Shown here piece after piece: positions 1 to 11,629 of a DNA stretch of 64,000 nt (the first letter of the stretch is position 1; every line of letters starts with the position of its first letter). Origin of the DNA: Eledone cirrhosa (Eukaryota); the NCBI GenBank assembly GCA_964016885.1, contig OZ024740.1:307024001-307088000 (forward strand), written 5' to 3'. A program made the translations under genes and the position numbers. The notes under the pieces were generated by a model, which worked only from the letters and a program-made list of their open reading frames with translations, was not told the DNA's origin and ran no database searches.

Positions 1-159
1 TATTCAAAGCTGAGAATCATATTCAGCAGCAGCAGCAGTTTTATGATCAACATCACTAATATTATCACATCCACCACCTCCACCACCATCGTAGTCATCA
101 CCATTAGCATCATCCTCATCATCATCATCTTCCTCGAGATCATTATTATTATCACCAAA

Positions 160-356
160 GGCGGTGGATTGGCAGTATCGGTAGAGGGTCGGACGCCATG
201 CTTTGAAGCATAGAGTTACCTCCCTGTATGATCTGAGTTCAAATCCCGCCGAGGTTAACTTTGCCTTTCATCCTTACGGGGTCGATAAAATAAAGTACCA
301 GTAATGCACTGGGTAATTGCTGGCCTTGTGCCTAAAGTAGAAACAATTATTATTAT
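160..356 (+). mobile_element. tRNA-derived SINE, family 1 (Nin-like central domain, (ATT)n tail)
   Basis: GGCGGTGGATTGGCAGTATCGG A-box-like head, GAGTTCAAATCC B box, GCCTTTCATCCTTACGGGGTCGATAAAATAAAGTACC central block, ends AGTAGAAACAATTATTATT; about 10 copies in the window. Confidence 0.85.
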
Positions 357-566
357 CACCATCATCATCGCCATCATCATCGGTATTGTCATCATCTTCA
401 TCATTATCATCATCATCATTTCCATCATCATCATCTTCATCTTCATCCTCATCATCTCCATCCTCATCATCTTCATCATTATCTTCATCACCATAATCAT
501 CATCATCATCATCATCATTATTGATATCATCATCATCCCCATCATCATCATCATCGATATCACCAC

Positions 567-597
<31 letters not shown>

Positions 598-710
598 TTT
601 ATCATCATTAATATCATCACCATCCTCACCATCTTAATCATCATCACCATCACCACCACCATCATCATCACCACCATCGCCATCACCATCACCATCACTC
701 TCACCATTCA
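357..710. repeat. Degenerate (CAT)n/(CAC)n microsatellite
   Basis: Direct reading; explains the poly-Ile and poly-Met ORFs. Confidence 0.95.
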
Positions 711-904
711 TTTATTCGTTCATTCCTATATTCCTTCAGTTTTACTGAGTTGACCACTTACTGTCTCTTCAGTAGTATCTTCTCTATACAGTTGTTGAAT
801 TGCCTTCTGTCAGATTTAATTCACTGGAGTAGTGAGTATTTAACCAACATATAAGTGTTCTACATGGTCATATTTTATCCTAGATCCAATTAGCTATATA
901 TATA

Positions 905-1004
905 CAGGATGTCCCCAAAAATGTATTCACAATTCAACAGCATTCTAATAAATAATTGCCTGTATAGATAATCAAAGTGTGTATACAGTTTTTGGGACAC
1001 CCTG
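905..1004. mobile_element. 100-bp Tc1/mariner-type MITE
   Basis: TIRs CAGGATGTCCCCAAAAATGTATTCACA / TGTGTATACAGTTTTTGGGACACCCTG, TA on both flanks. Confidence 0.75.
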
Positions 1005-1183
1005 TATATATATAATTCGTATCCATACAACCAACTTTACCACATTTGGCCATATTTAACCCTGCCCTCTCTAATTTCTTGTAACAAATCTCTCTCCTTG
1101 CTTCTCTTTCTTCCAATTACTCTATTCTTTCTCTTGTTAAACAAGGTCATTGTCATCCTTAGCCAATGATTCCAAAGCATCGT

Positions 1184-1470
1184 AGGCACATGGCCTAGTG
1201 GTAAGAGTGTTGGACTTACGATCATAATGTTGTGGGTTCGATTCCTGGGCTGGGTTGTGTGTTGAGTTCTTGAGTAAAACACTTCATTTCATGCTGCTCC
1301 AGTATACTCATCTGAAAAAGTGTACCGGCAATAGTTGGGGGTTTAACCCTGCTATGGACTGGCGTCCTGTCCAGGGGTAAGTCATGTACTCTCAGTCACT
1401 TCATGCCATGAAACTGGGATAAGCACCGGCCTAACAAGCCTTAAAATGGTTTAAGACAGACTTTAGACTT
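1184..1470 (+). mobile_element. tRNA-derived SINE, family 2 (CORE-like)
   Basis: GGCACATGGCCTAGTGG A box, GGTTCGATTCC B box, TTCTTGAGTAAAACACTT CORE-like block; relatives at 30235 and 55938. Confidence 0.7.
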
Positions 1471-1553
1471 AGAATTACTCTAATAAATCCTAAAATTCAA
1501 CAAGGAAGCCTCTAGGTAGTTGCTTGATCAACTAAAATTAGCAGGCTGATCTC

Positions 1554-1650
1554 ATTCAAAATGTACACTACCACTCAAAATGGATGTTACCACACAAAAT
1601 GTACACTACCACTCAAAATGGATGCTACCACACAAAATGTACACTACCAT
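1554..1650. repeat. Short ~38-bp tandem repeat (about 2.5 copies)
   Basis: CAAAATGTACACTACCACTCAAAATGGATG(T/C)TACCACA repeated. Confidence 0.8.
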
Positions 1651-2014
1651 CTTAAACAGAGTCCCATATATAATGTAGTTCTACAAACACTGTACTTAGA
1701 AAAGAAATTGAATGGTCATGACATAAATCTAGCCCATCTATGATAAAAAAAAAAATCATAAATGTGCTGGATCAAGGCAGACCTGGTGTTAAATTTCTAT
1801 TGATCTTATTTTTCATCCTCCATCCAACTTAAAGCTAACAAGAACACATCTATGCAGTTCTTTTAACTTGCTACAAATAGCAGCCAAATATCCTGTCAAA
1901 ACTATCCTCCTATGGTCTTCATCCATCTGTGATCTGTCAGATTGCCTCATCACAGCATGTACTAATCGACTACTCTCACTGACTCACACTATCAACTTTG
2001 GTGTGACCTAGGGT

Positions 2015-2200
2015 TTGGTTTCATTCCCTACCTATACTTTTCATCTTATGCCACCCCATACTTTTCCTCCTGTGCCCCAGGGTTTGATTTTGTCCCTCAT
2101 ACATTTCCTCTTATATATCAATAAGCTTGTTGCCATCACTTCCAGCAAAGCCCACCCCTATGTCGATGATACCATGCTTCATTCTCCCCTAACCTTCTGA
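2015..2200 (+). mobile_element. Degenerate CR1/L2/Jockey-group RT fragment
   Basis: VPQGLILSLIHFLLYINKL...PYVDDT resembles the VPQGSVLxPxLFxxYINDL...YADD motif. Confidence 0.6.
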
Positions 2201-2549
2201 ACATCAGTGACATGTACATGACCCCTAGATACTTCATACCAAATCTGCATTGATCAAGTTGAGAGAGACCTTGAAAACACCTATCATGGTCATGTTAATC
2301 TTGTCTCCTTCAACAGCTCTCCCACCCCACAAAAATATTCACAAACTATGTACATATTAAGAAATAATTATTGCACCTCATCCTTCTGAAATATATACAG
2401 GACTTTCATGAGACCTCACTATTACTGGGTGAATGGACATCCTCAAAATAACAAAAGCTGCATCTTAAATATTGTCTTTCCTCTTCAAAGCCCACCCCTC
2501 AAAAATTTCATCCCTCAAAAACTACCTTTGAAGAGCTCAGTTGAGACAA

Positions 2550-2712
2550 ATAATTGTTTCTACTTTTGGCACAAGGCCAGCAATTATCCCAGTGTATTAC
2601 TGGTACTTTATTTTGTCGACCCTGTAAGGATGAAAGGCAAAGTTAACCGCGGCGGGATTTGAACTCAGACCATAAAGGGACGTAACTCTTTGCTGCAAAG
2701 CATGGTGTCCTA
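2550..2712 (-). mobile_element. SINE family 1 copy
   Basis: Reverse complement of the 160-356 consensus, 5' part degraded. Confidence 0.8.
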
Positions 2713-3180
2713 CCCTGGGACTATGGTGTAGATGAAAGGCCACTCAACAGATTGGCATGAAGTCCTTCATAGCTCCTCTTTCCTCTCTTTGTCTTTATTA
2801 TAGCTGCTACAGAGAAATCTGTTCCTTAGAGCTGACAGGTAAATTCCCATCTCTAATTAGACACTCTTGATTCACTTGACTCTCCTCCAACCTCCTCTCA
2901 TTACCAATAATGATGTGTACATCTCAACTCAAGCACTAACCATTACATCAATTCTTTTGTTCTCTGAATATCAACCCTCTGAATTCCCTCCTTGGTCCTG
3001 TTTTTCCTGCAGGTATTGACTGACAACTCTTTAAGTGGAACATTAATGGTATCTATCTCCCCAGTTTCAGTGGTTCTGTGGTGGCCATGGGAACAGCCAC
3101 TTTCTTCAGACAAAACCAATAAACAAAATCTCTCTCTCTATATATATATATATGTATATATATATAATAATAATAATAAT

Positions 3181-5130
3181 AAACACAATATGTCATTATG
3201 GAACACAAATCTTCAATTGTCTCATTCCACTGGGGTACTGTGGTATATTCCAGGGTGACTCACTTTCACCCTTGCTTTTCTGCATAGCTTTAATACCCCT
3301 TACATCTGAACTTAATAGAATAGGGTACGGTTATAGAATTGACAACAAAAAAATAAGCCACCTATTTTATATGGATGATTTGAAGCTATATTACAAAGAT
3401 AATGACGAACTGGAAGGCCTTTTGTGGACAGTAAAAACGTTTAGCGATGACATCAGGATGGAGTTTGGACTTGACAAGTGTGCAAAAGCCACTTTCAAGA
3501 AGGGGAAGCTTGTCAACGCAGACTCAGTTTAATTGGATGCTGAAACAATCATAAAGGAACTTCAGCAGGAACAAGCCTATAAATACTTAGGGATTAATGA
3601 GGGCTCTGGCATACAGCATGCAAGTATGAAAGAGAGGATAAGGAAAGAATGTTACAGGAGAGTACGTGCAGTTCTGAGATCAGAACTAAACGCTCGTAAC
3701 AAGGTGCTAGCCATAAATTCCTTGGCAGTCCCAGTTGTCACTTATAGCTTCGGTGCGTTGAACTGGAATATGAGTGAAATCAAAAGAATCGACACCAAAG
3801 CTACTGACCTGTAACAGGATACACCACCCAAAAGCAGATGTGGATCGTCTTTACCTTCCTAGAACTCAAGGAGGCCGTGGCCTGTTCCAATTTGAACTTG
3901 CTTACAAGACCACCATCATTGGACTGGCCAAATACCTTGAAACAACTAACGACTGTATGCTGAAACTTGTTGAAAAGCATGAGAGAATTAAGATGCTTCA
4001 TTCTATCTTGAAGGAGAGCAAAACATATGCTACTGATCTCATGCTTGATACCCAGGCTGGACAGACTAAAGAAACTGTTGCAACTGATGCTGCTAGGCAC
4101 ATAAAATCACTGGCAAAGGCAAAAGGGCAAGGACAATTAGCATCAAATTGGGAGCAGAAACCTCTTCATGGCAAATATGTGGCCTGTAGCAAACAAGCTG
4201 ATGTTGACCAAAAGCACACCGATCAGTGGCTACGTAGTTCAGCACTAAAGGCGGAGAGTGAAGGCTTCATCTTAGCTGCCCAAGATCAAAGCTTATTGAC
4301 TCGTAATTACCAGGCCAATGTGATGAGAAACGGAATAAACCCAAAGTGCCGATTCTGCAATGCTGAGGTTGAAACAGTGGATCACTTTGTCTCTGGATGT
4401 AAAGTTTTAGCACCAGTAGAATACAAATATAGACATGACAGAGTTGGCCAATATCTACACTGGGTAATATGTCGGCATTACAAAATCAAAGCTTAAGACA
4501 AGTGGTACAATCATCACCCTGAGACTGTAACTGAAGGAGAAAAAGTAACAATTCTCTGGGACTTTCCTGTACATACTGACAGGACCATAAAAGCAAATAG
4601 ACCTGACATCATTGGAAAAAATCAACATAACAAGGTCTGTTTATTGATAGATATGAGCATCCCATGTGATCACAATATCGTGGCAAAAGAATTTGACAAG
4701 CTACAAAAATATAAAGATCTGCTTATTGAAATTGAGAAAATGTGGCACCTCAAGGCCGTTACAATACCAGTGATTGTGGGAGGACTGGGAATGATCAAGA
4801 AAGGAACAGAACAATATTTGCAAATGATTCCTGGTTTACCCTCTCTGCACGAGGTGCAAATAATTGTTTTGACTGGTACTGCACACGTATTGAGAAGAGC
4901 ACTATCTCTGTAAGATTGATATCCCTCCTTGTATTTACATATGCATATGCACATGTCTATATATGTATACTGTTTTTTTGTTTTTTTTAAATTATAATCA
5001 ATGTGCTGTATTAACTGGCTTACCAATGCACACTGTGAATTTATTTGCCCTAGGTGTCAGGAAGACACTCGGCATATATCTCAGAAACAATAATGAAAGA
5101 AAATAAAAATAATAATAATAATAATAATAA
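3181..5130 (+). mobile_element. 5'-truncated R4/Dong-type non-LTR retrotransposon (RT, CCHC, REL endonuclease) in a (TAA)n tract
   Basis: GIFQGDSLSPLLF, HLFYMDDLKLY, CRFC...ETVDHFVSGC, RHD, WDF...ANRPDI, IDMSIP...KLQKY; stops and frameshifts; 3' hairpin GCCCTAGGTGTC...GACACTCGGC; (TAA)n on both sides. Confidence 0.9.
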
Positions 5131-5259
5131 TAACACACGTGTTTCACTATTGATCAGCTCAAGGTTTGATCTGTATCGATCTGGCCCGACTCTGGAATCA
5201 AAATCTTGGACTTCTGTTGTGCCAATGGCAGAATGGTGAACCTACAGTAATTGGACGTT

Positions 5260-5309
<50 letters not shown>

Positions 5310-5810
5310 TATTTGATGTCTTGATGAGCTCATACAGCAGTGCAGATGTATGTGATTTGGTTGGCTTATATATCCTGGATCTACTGAAATTCAGGTTCTC
5401 TAATCACAATGTTGTTCTATACCAGGATCAGGGTCTGAATATTCCCCAGCATTATGATGGCCATACATTAGATCTTTCCATAAGGAACTAATATCTATGT
5501 TCTATAACCTAGGAATTAATGTAACAGTAGACACTAACCTAATCAAGGCAGATTTCCTCGTGTAACACTTGACTTCAACACACCTATGAGCTCTTCCACA
5601 AATGAAATGAGAAATTTGAATATATAAATATAAATCTTGCCAGCCCCTCTTAGTCTATAAAACCCTCATCCCTAATATCAGTTGCAGAATCTTTAATATG
5701 TCCCCTAAAGATATATTCAATAAAGCAGCCCTATACTATGCCTTACTCAAAAGATCCAAGAATAGACCAAGAAAAATCACTTAGTTTGCACACCTTTTCA
5801 CATTAAATAT
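5310..5810 (+). mobile_element. Degenerate Penelope-like element RT fragment
   Basis: Manual translation FDVLMSSYSSADVCDLVGLYIL, LYQDQGL, NLIKADFL-VTLD, RKIT*F resembles PLE RT motifs (MGSYDGAEVCELVGLYIL, YRDDGL, FLDVTLD, RKIxWFNPP); starts at (TA)n. Confidence 0.7.
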
Positions 5811-5863
5811 GATATTCTATGAAGATCAGCAACTCCCTAACACAAAATCCTTTATTTCTATAG

Positions 5864-6020
5864 GTGGCGAATTGGCAGAGTTGTTAGAAAGTCAGATAGA
5901 ATGCTTTGAGGTATTCCTTCTGGTTCTCTGCTCTCGGACTTCAAATCCTGCCAAAGTCAACTTCGCCTTTCATTCTTTCAAGGTCAATAAAAAGAAGTAC
6001 CAGTCGAGTACTGAGGTCGA
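5864..6020 (+). mobile_element. Diverged SINE family 1 copy
   Basis: GGTGGCGAATTGGCAG head, TTCAAATCCTGCC, GCCTTTCATTCTTTCAAGGTC. Confidence 0.65.
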
Positions 6021-8180
6021 GTCTTCCTCAATATCTCTTTCTCACGTTTTATCCTTCTCTGGAAGAAATATGCTGTGTTCAGATCTGGGGAGGGATGGGT
6101 TCTGCCAGGCTTAAAATGCTGTATGCAACTACGACACCAATAGGAGTTATGGGTCCATACCATACAATATCTAAATCCAAATCCTATAAAATACCAGTAT
6201 GTTCATGCAGAAAGAGGCTCAAATGCCTGTTTGACCAGTTATATAAAGTTATGGGTTTCAGACAATGAAACAGAGGAACCAAACACCATATGCCTCAAAG
6301 GATCCTATCAAAGACAGGAAAAATGGCCAGTCACCCCTTTGTATAATGGTAACGCATGTGTATAGTATTCAAGAGATACTGGTTTTGATTCCATGTAGGT
6401 GTTTCTGATCACTTTTTTTCATCTCTAAGAGTAATTTACTTAATTTTCTCAACTATTATATCTAGTGATTGACTGGTATTACAGATATTTTCTGCATTTG
6501 GGACGATCACATTTTCAAATGATTAAATTTCAAATTCTCTCAGTGCTCTGATAATTCATAAGATTTAGATATATTGTTTCTGTCCCCATTGGCCTACCAT
6601 AACTCTATTTAAAGTCTGTTTATTAGATAACGTTATTCAACTGATAGTTGAATATTTCATTTTTTTCCAGATATATTTTTATAGTGATATATTTAAATTA
6701 GGGGATTTTGATTACTTAAACCATAGCTAATTTTGTATGGACTTATTATGTATATTATTTACTTTCAATATTAATTAATTTAATAGGGTTTTCTAGTCAT
6801 TTATCCGGGTTTGTTTCCTAAATTTTTTACTTAACTGCATGCGACACCTAAGTAAATACTTTTGTTTTTGTTTTTTGATTTCCGGTTGATTGTATTTATT
6901 TATATATACTACCGTACGTAGTCTGTCTGTCTGGCTCTCATTCTCTTATTCACAAATGGCTCTCCACCAACCATGTAATTATGTATTATACTATGTTCAA
7001 TATTTTATATTGAAATTTTATATCATTCCACTCTTTGTAAACATACTACTGATCATTATTATTTACCAATTATTATATGTACCATTATGTTATGTTAAAT
7101 TCTGTAAATCCTGTAATATGTTGATATTTTTATAATTCATGTAATGTTTGGATAATATTTATTTATTTAAACCAAATGTATAGAAATTTGATCTATTTTC
7201 TTGCAATGGTTTTGATATATTTCCAACATAATTTTTTCCAATATAATTTAGTTCTGTATAATATTTTTTCTCACCCTGACTGTAAATCTATATGATTTGT
7301 TAGGTTATATGCCATTATATTATAATATTGTGATTTTAGTTGTTATTGTAACATTTATATTGTTTGTGCAAATTAACCGGAGATTATCTATTATGTTATT
7401 ATATAATTATATAGTTTATTATATATTTTATGCTTACTTTTAATCATTTATTCTTCATTGTATACTGTAAATATTATATGCATTATATTTTAATTTTATT
7501 TTCATTTGTATTTTTCATTCTTCATTTGTATTTTTATTTTTATTTTTATTTTTATTATTATTATTCTTATTTATATTTAAACTCTTGATAAGGGTTAGTT
7601 TGTGCTTCTATTGATGGAAATGTGTATTGATATATATGTATGTGTGTGTACATATGTATATATATATGTAATAAAATGGGGAGAAAAATACTGCTGGTAG
7701 CACATGGATAACATGTAATAAAATAAGTCCCTCATCAGTGATTTGCCGACGATCATAGATATTTCATTGCATTAAAAATCATATACCTCACGTCGGTGCA
7801 ATAATAACTAAATTAAGTTATTAGGACAATTAAAACACGTAAAGCGAGTGAGACAAGAAAACAACAAAGAGTAGAGCTAACCGATGTATATTGGGCCTTT
7901 TAACATTATTATTATTATCATTATTAATTATATTATATTATATTATATTATGTATAGTACAATAATTCCTGCTCTATATCATCACCTCTGTTTTAGCTCT
8001 AGTTTTTGCATTGGACTATATTTGTAATATGGTTCAAAATGTTACTTACTTCCTTAGCAATTAGCACTTAATAATTTTTTACTTGATGATTTTTACCCGA
8101 TTATTTTCCTATGATTTAATCTATGTACACTCCATATTCTTCTGAATTTTCGGCTTGTATTGGCTGATAGTGCTTCTTAT

Positions 8181-8239
8181 AGCTTTAATTGCCCTGATGA
8201 GTCCTTAATAGAACGAAACATTGTTGGCTAATAAAGACT
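8181..8239 (+). ncRNA. Type I hammerhead ribozyme motif (Penelope pLTR type)
   Basis: GCC-CTGATGA-GTCC ttaata GAAC-GAAA-C att G-TT-GGC; stem I extends (AGCTTTAATTGCC / GGCTAATAAAGACT); AATAAA in the 3' arm. Confidence 0.65.
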
Positions 8240-8520
8240 TTTGATGTATTGAAGGCTTCTTTGGTTTATTTTCATAATATATATATATATATATATATAT
8301 ATTTATTTGTTTGACCCGAATTACTTGATCGTTTTTTGGGGGCTGTGCGAATGATTGTTTAACCATCGTCTCAGTGTGTTTGGTATTAAACGTTAGTTAT
8401 AGCTCTGGTTCTTCCGAACCATTGAGCACTTTGCCACACATCTCGGAGATTGTTTTTCGTTATTTCGTGGGCTGAAGTTGCGATTCTCGATCATTTTATT
8501 TCTATATATATATATATATA

Positions 8521-8556
<36 letters not shown>

Positions 8557-8562
<6 letters not shown>

Positions 8563-10200
8563 CCCTCTACTTAGCTTTTGTCGACTTGGAGAAAGCCTCC
8601 GACAGAGTCCCCCGCTCCATTATCTGGTGGGCTCTTAGAAAACTAGGCGTTGACGAATGGCTTGTGAGGGCTATACAAGCCATGTATAAAGAAACAGTCA
8701 GCAAGGTTAGAATTAACAACGAATATAGTGAAGAGTTTAGCGTAAAAGTTGGCGTCCATCAGGGCTCTGTTCTCAGCCCACTACTATTTATTATTGCCCT
8801 TCAGGCTATAACAGAGGAGTTCAAGACAGGCTGCCCATGGGAACTCCTATACGCAGACGACCTGACACTCATAGCGGAATCAATGGCCGAGCTAGAGAAG
8901 AAATTCCAAACATGGAAGCACGGCCTAGAGTCAAAAGGACTTAAAATTAACCTGGCTAAGACCAAAGTACTAGTTTGTAGGAAAGAAAACAAGGCAGCGG
9001 TCCCTTCTGGGAAATGGTCGTGCTCGGTGTGTAGGAAAGGCGTAGGTAGAAACTCCATTTTATGTCCTAAATGCAAAGTATGGGTGCATAAAAGATGTAG
9101 TGGGATCACAGGTAAGCTAACTAAGAACATAGATTTTACATGTGGCCAGTGCTCTGGTGCAATAAGTAGCAGCAAGTGCCCACAAAATACTAGCTCTTTC
9201 AATTGCGCAGAGGGTTCTATAGAAATAGTGGACAGCTTCCGTTACCTGGGCGATAAAATCAGCAGTGGGGGAGGGTGCTCTGAAAGTACTGTAGCTAGAG
9301 TCAGAACTGGTTGGAAAAAGTTCAGAGAGCTTTTACCACTATTAGCTGCTAAAGGGTTCTCACTAAAAATAAAAGGCAGGTTGTACGATGCCTGCATACG
9401 AACAGCAATGGCAGTGAGACCTGGGCATTGTGTGCAGAGGATAAACGCAGACTAGAGAGGAACGAAGCTTGCATGCTCCGCTGGATGTGTAACAGTAATA
9501 TACGTGAACGGCAAAGCATAAACGAACTAAGGAAAAAATTAGAGATAAGAGGGATCAGATGTTGTTTACTCGAGAGAAGGCTACGTTGGTATGGACACGT
9601 GATGCGCATGAAAGTCGATAGCTGTATAACAAAGTGCAGGGCAATAAAGATAGACGGTAGCCACGGAATAGGCAGACCTAGAAAAACCTGGGACGAGCTG
9701 ATAAACTCCGACATCACACACTTACACCTCTCCAAGACAATGTCACTGGACCGAGACCTTTGGCGGTACTCAGTAACAGAGAAGACCAGCCTTACCTAAA
9801 TATATAGTAAAACCTACTCCAGCCAGTAGGCATCTCTAACAAAATACACCCCATCCCACCACCACCACCCCCACCCCATCCACACCACCCCGTTCTATGT
9901 AAAGTTATGTTGGTGCCGCGCCATCGAGGCCGAAACAAATGAGATCGTGTAGGTGTCACGACAAAAAAAACACACAGTCCACGCTGTAATGTGGCCGTGT
10001 AGGCAACACGGTAAAAACCTCCCAGACCCACACTGTAAATGTGGTTGGTGTTAGGAAGGGCATCCAACTGTAGAAAACCTGCCAGACAGTCCTATGCGAG
10101 CAAGACAATCACTCTTGCCTCAAGTGGGACTACCCCCGTCCAAACCCATGCAAGCGTGGAACACGGACGTTAAACGTTGATGATGATGATGATGATGATG
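8557..10200 (+). mobile_element. RTE LINE subfamily A, 5'-truncated (RT with PHD-like insert, long 3' UTR, (GAT)n tail)
   Basis: FVDLEKA, GVHQGSVLSPLLF, LLYADD, FRYLG, RRLRWYGHVMRM, GRPRKTW; frameshift near 9410; (TA)n on both flanks. Confidence 0.92.
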
Positions 10201-10397
10201 ATATATATATACATACTGTATATATATATATATATATATACATACTGTATATATATATATACTGTATATATATATATATATATATACTGTATATATATAT
10301 ATATACATATATAGGTAAGTTATTCCGGGTTGAATTGGAGGTAATGACAATAAGGAAGGTACTCAATACATAGCAGAGTATAAAAGTTTTAATATAG

Positions 10398-10497
10398 ATG
10401 AGATTCTACAGGACTAGAACTGTTTCATTCTTGAGAAATCATCAGATTCCTGATGATTTCTCAAGAATGAAACAGTTCTAGTCCTGTAGAATCTCAT
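10398..10497. repeat. Perfect 48-bp-arm palindrome (4-nt spacer) in a Penelope pLTR-like remnant
   Basis: Arms 10398-10445 and 10450-10497 are reverse complements. Confidence 0.92.
10444..10494 (+). ncRNA. Type I hammerhead ribozyme motif
   Basis: AGATTC-CTGATGA-tTTC tcaa GAAt-GAAA-CAG ttctagtc CTG-TA-GAATCT: stems I, II and III all pair. Confidence 0.75.
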
Positions 10498-10645
10498 ATA
10501 TATATATATATAACCCAAAGAGGACAGAGAGAAAGAAAAAGATAAACGAAAATATGAACTCTTTTAAAAGTGTGTAAACCTTGTTCTCTTATACCATCTT
10601 GTTATATATACCTTAACTTTATTATACACTTTTTAATCATATTTC

Positions 10646-10696
10646 TTGTAGCATGAAGAAGCCTAAACAAGTTTTGGCTGAAACCGGTATGATCAA
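10646..10696 (+). ncRNA. Degenerate type I hammerhead motif
   Basis: aTGAAGA-AGCC taaacaagtttt GGCT-GAAA-CCGG-TA-TGATCAA; palindromic CCGG stem III; first core C mutated. Confidence 0.5.
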
Positions 10697-10804
10697 TTGC
10701 CCTTTTTTTAAAATAAATGTTTTGCTCTTATTCTATGAGAACATCCCATTACCATTTTCTACTGTTTTTCTTATTTTCCTAATATATATACATATATATA
10801 TATA

Positions 10805-11089
10805 GCTGTAGAAATGAAATGATTCGACAGGGTCCCTATCATTCCACTGCAAAGTGGTCGTGGAGGTGCCACGGCAAAAAAGTACCCAGCCCACACTGTA
10901 GAGTGGACGTGTAGGCACCACAGAAAAAAACCACCCAGCCCACACTGTAAAGTGGACGTGTAGGTGCCACGGAAAAAAAGCACCCAGCACTCACTGTAAA
11001 TGAGGTTGGTGTTAGGAAGGACATCTAGCTGTAGAAATCAAGCGAGAATCAGTTCCCGTCCCACCTTTGCAAGCAGGGAAAAGCGGACG

Positions 11090-11098
<9 letters not shown>
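10805..11098 (+). mobile_element. SINE 3' body with ~47-bp internal tandem repeats and an RTE-B-like tail
   Basis: Three to four CCCAGCCCACACTGTA..GTGG..GTG..GG units, GTTAGGAAGGACATC, TTGCAAGCAGGGAAAAGCGGACGTAAAA. Confidence 0.7.
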
Positions 11099-11120
<22 letters not shown>

Positions 11121-11201
11121 GTAGAAATTATATTTAATTTGTTGGAATTCCGACAAACATAAACTGATATAGAGCACTCAACAGTTACTGGAGTAAATAT
11201 T

Positions 11202-11441
11202 CCAAGATATTAATAAATGGAAACTATATTTATAAAACCAGATTTATTTTATTATATATATTTCGCTGGATAGTGAATTTCCAACCGCTAAGGTTGATTT
11301 CCATGGGTATGTCGTTATTTATAAAACAAATTTTGTATTTTATCTGATGAAAGAGCACCAAGATTGACTTGGTCGCCCTTGAAATATATATAATAAAATA
11401 AATCTGGTTTTATAAATATAGTTTCCATTTATTAATATCTT

Positions 11442-11443
<2 letters not shown>
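11202..11443. repeat. 63-bp perfect inverted repeat overlapping a hammerhead motif
   Basis: 11202-11264 is the reverse complement of 11381-11443; (TA)n follows. Confidence 0.9.
11336..11400 (+). ncRNA. Type I hammerhead ribozyme motif
   Basis: TATTTTAT-CTGATGA-AAGAGC ACCAAG attga CTTGGT c GCCCTT-GAAA-TATATA-TA-ATAAAATA; 8-bp stem I, long stem II, palindromic stem III. Confidence 0.8.
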
Positions 11444-11504
<61 letters not shown>

Positions 11505-11629
11505 TGTGGAAAAATGGATATGTGATGATGATGATATATATATATGTATAAAGAAACTCATTATTTGTAGGACTTTATTTCAGTTTACACTTTAGGATAA
11601 TGAACTTTGTCCATCAAAACATATAATAC

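Noticed and set aside
160-255. tRNA genes here and at 1184 and 55938
   Set aside because: A/B boxes belong to SINE heads; no full cloverleaf, and SINE bodies follow
255-753. Poly-Met and poly-Ile ORFs
   Set aside because: (CAT)n microsatellite translation
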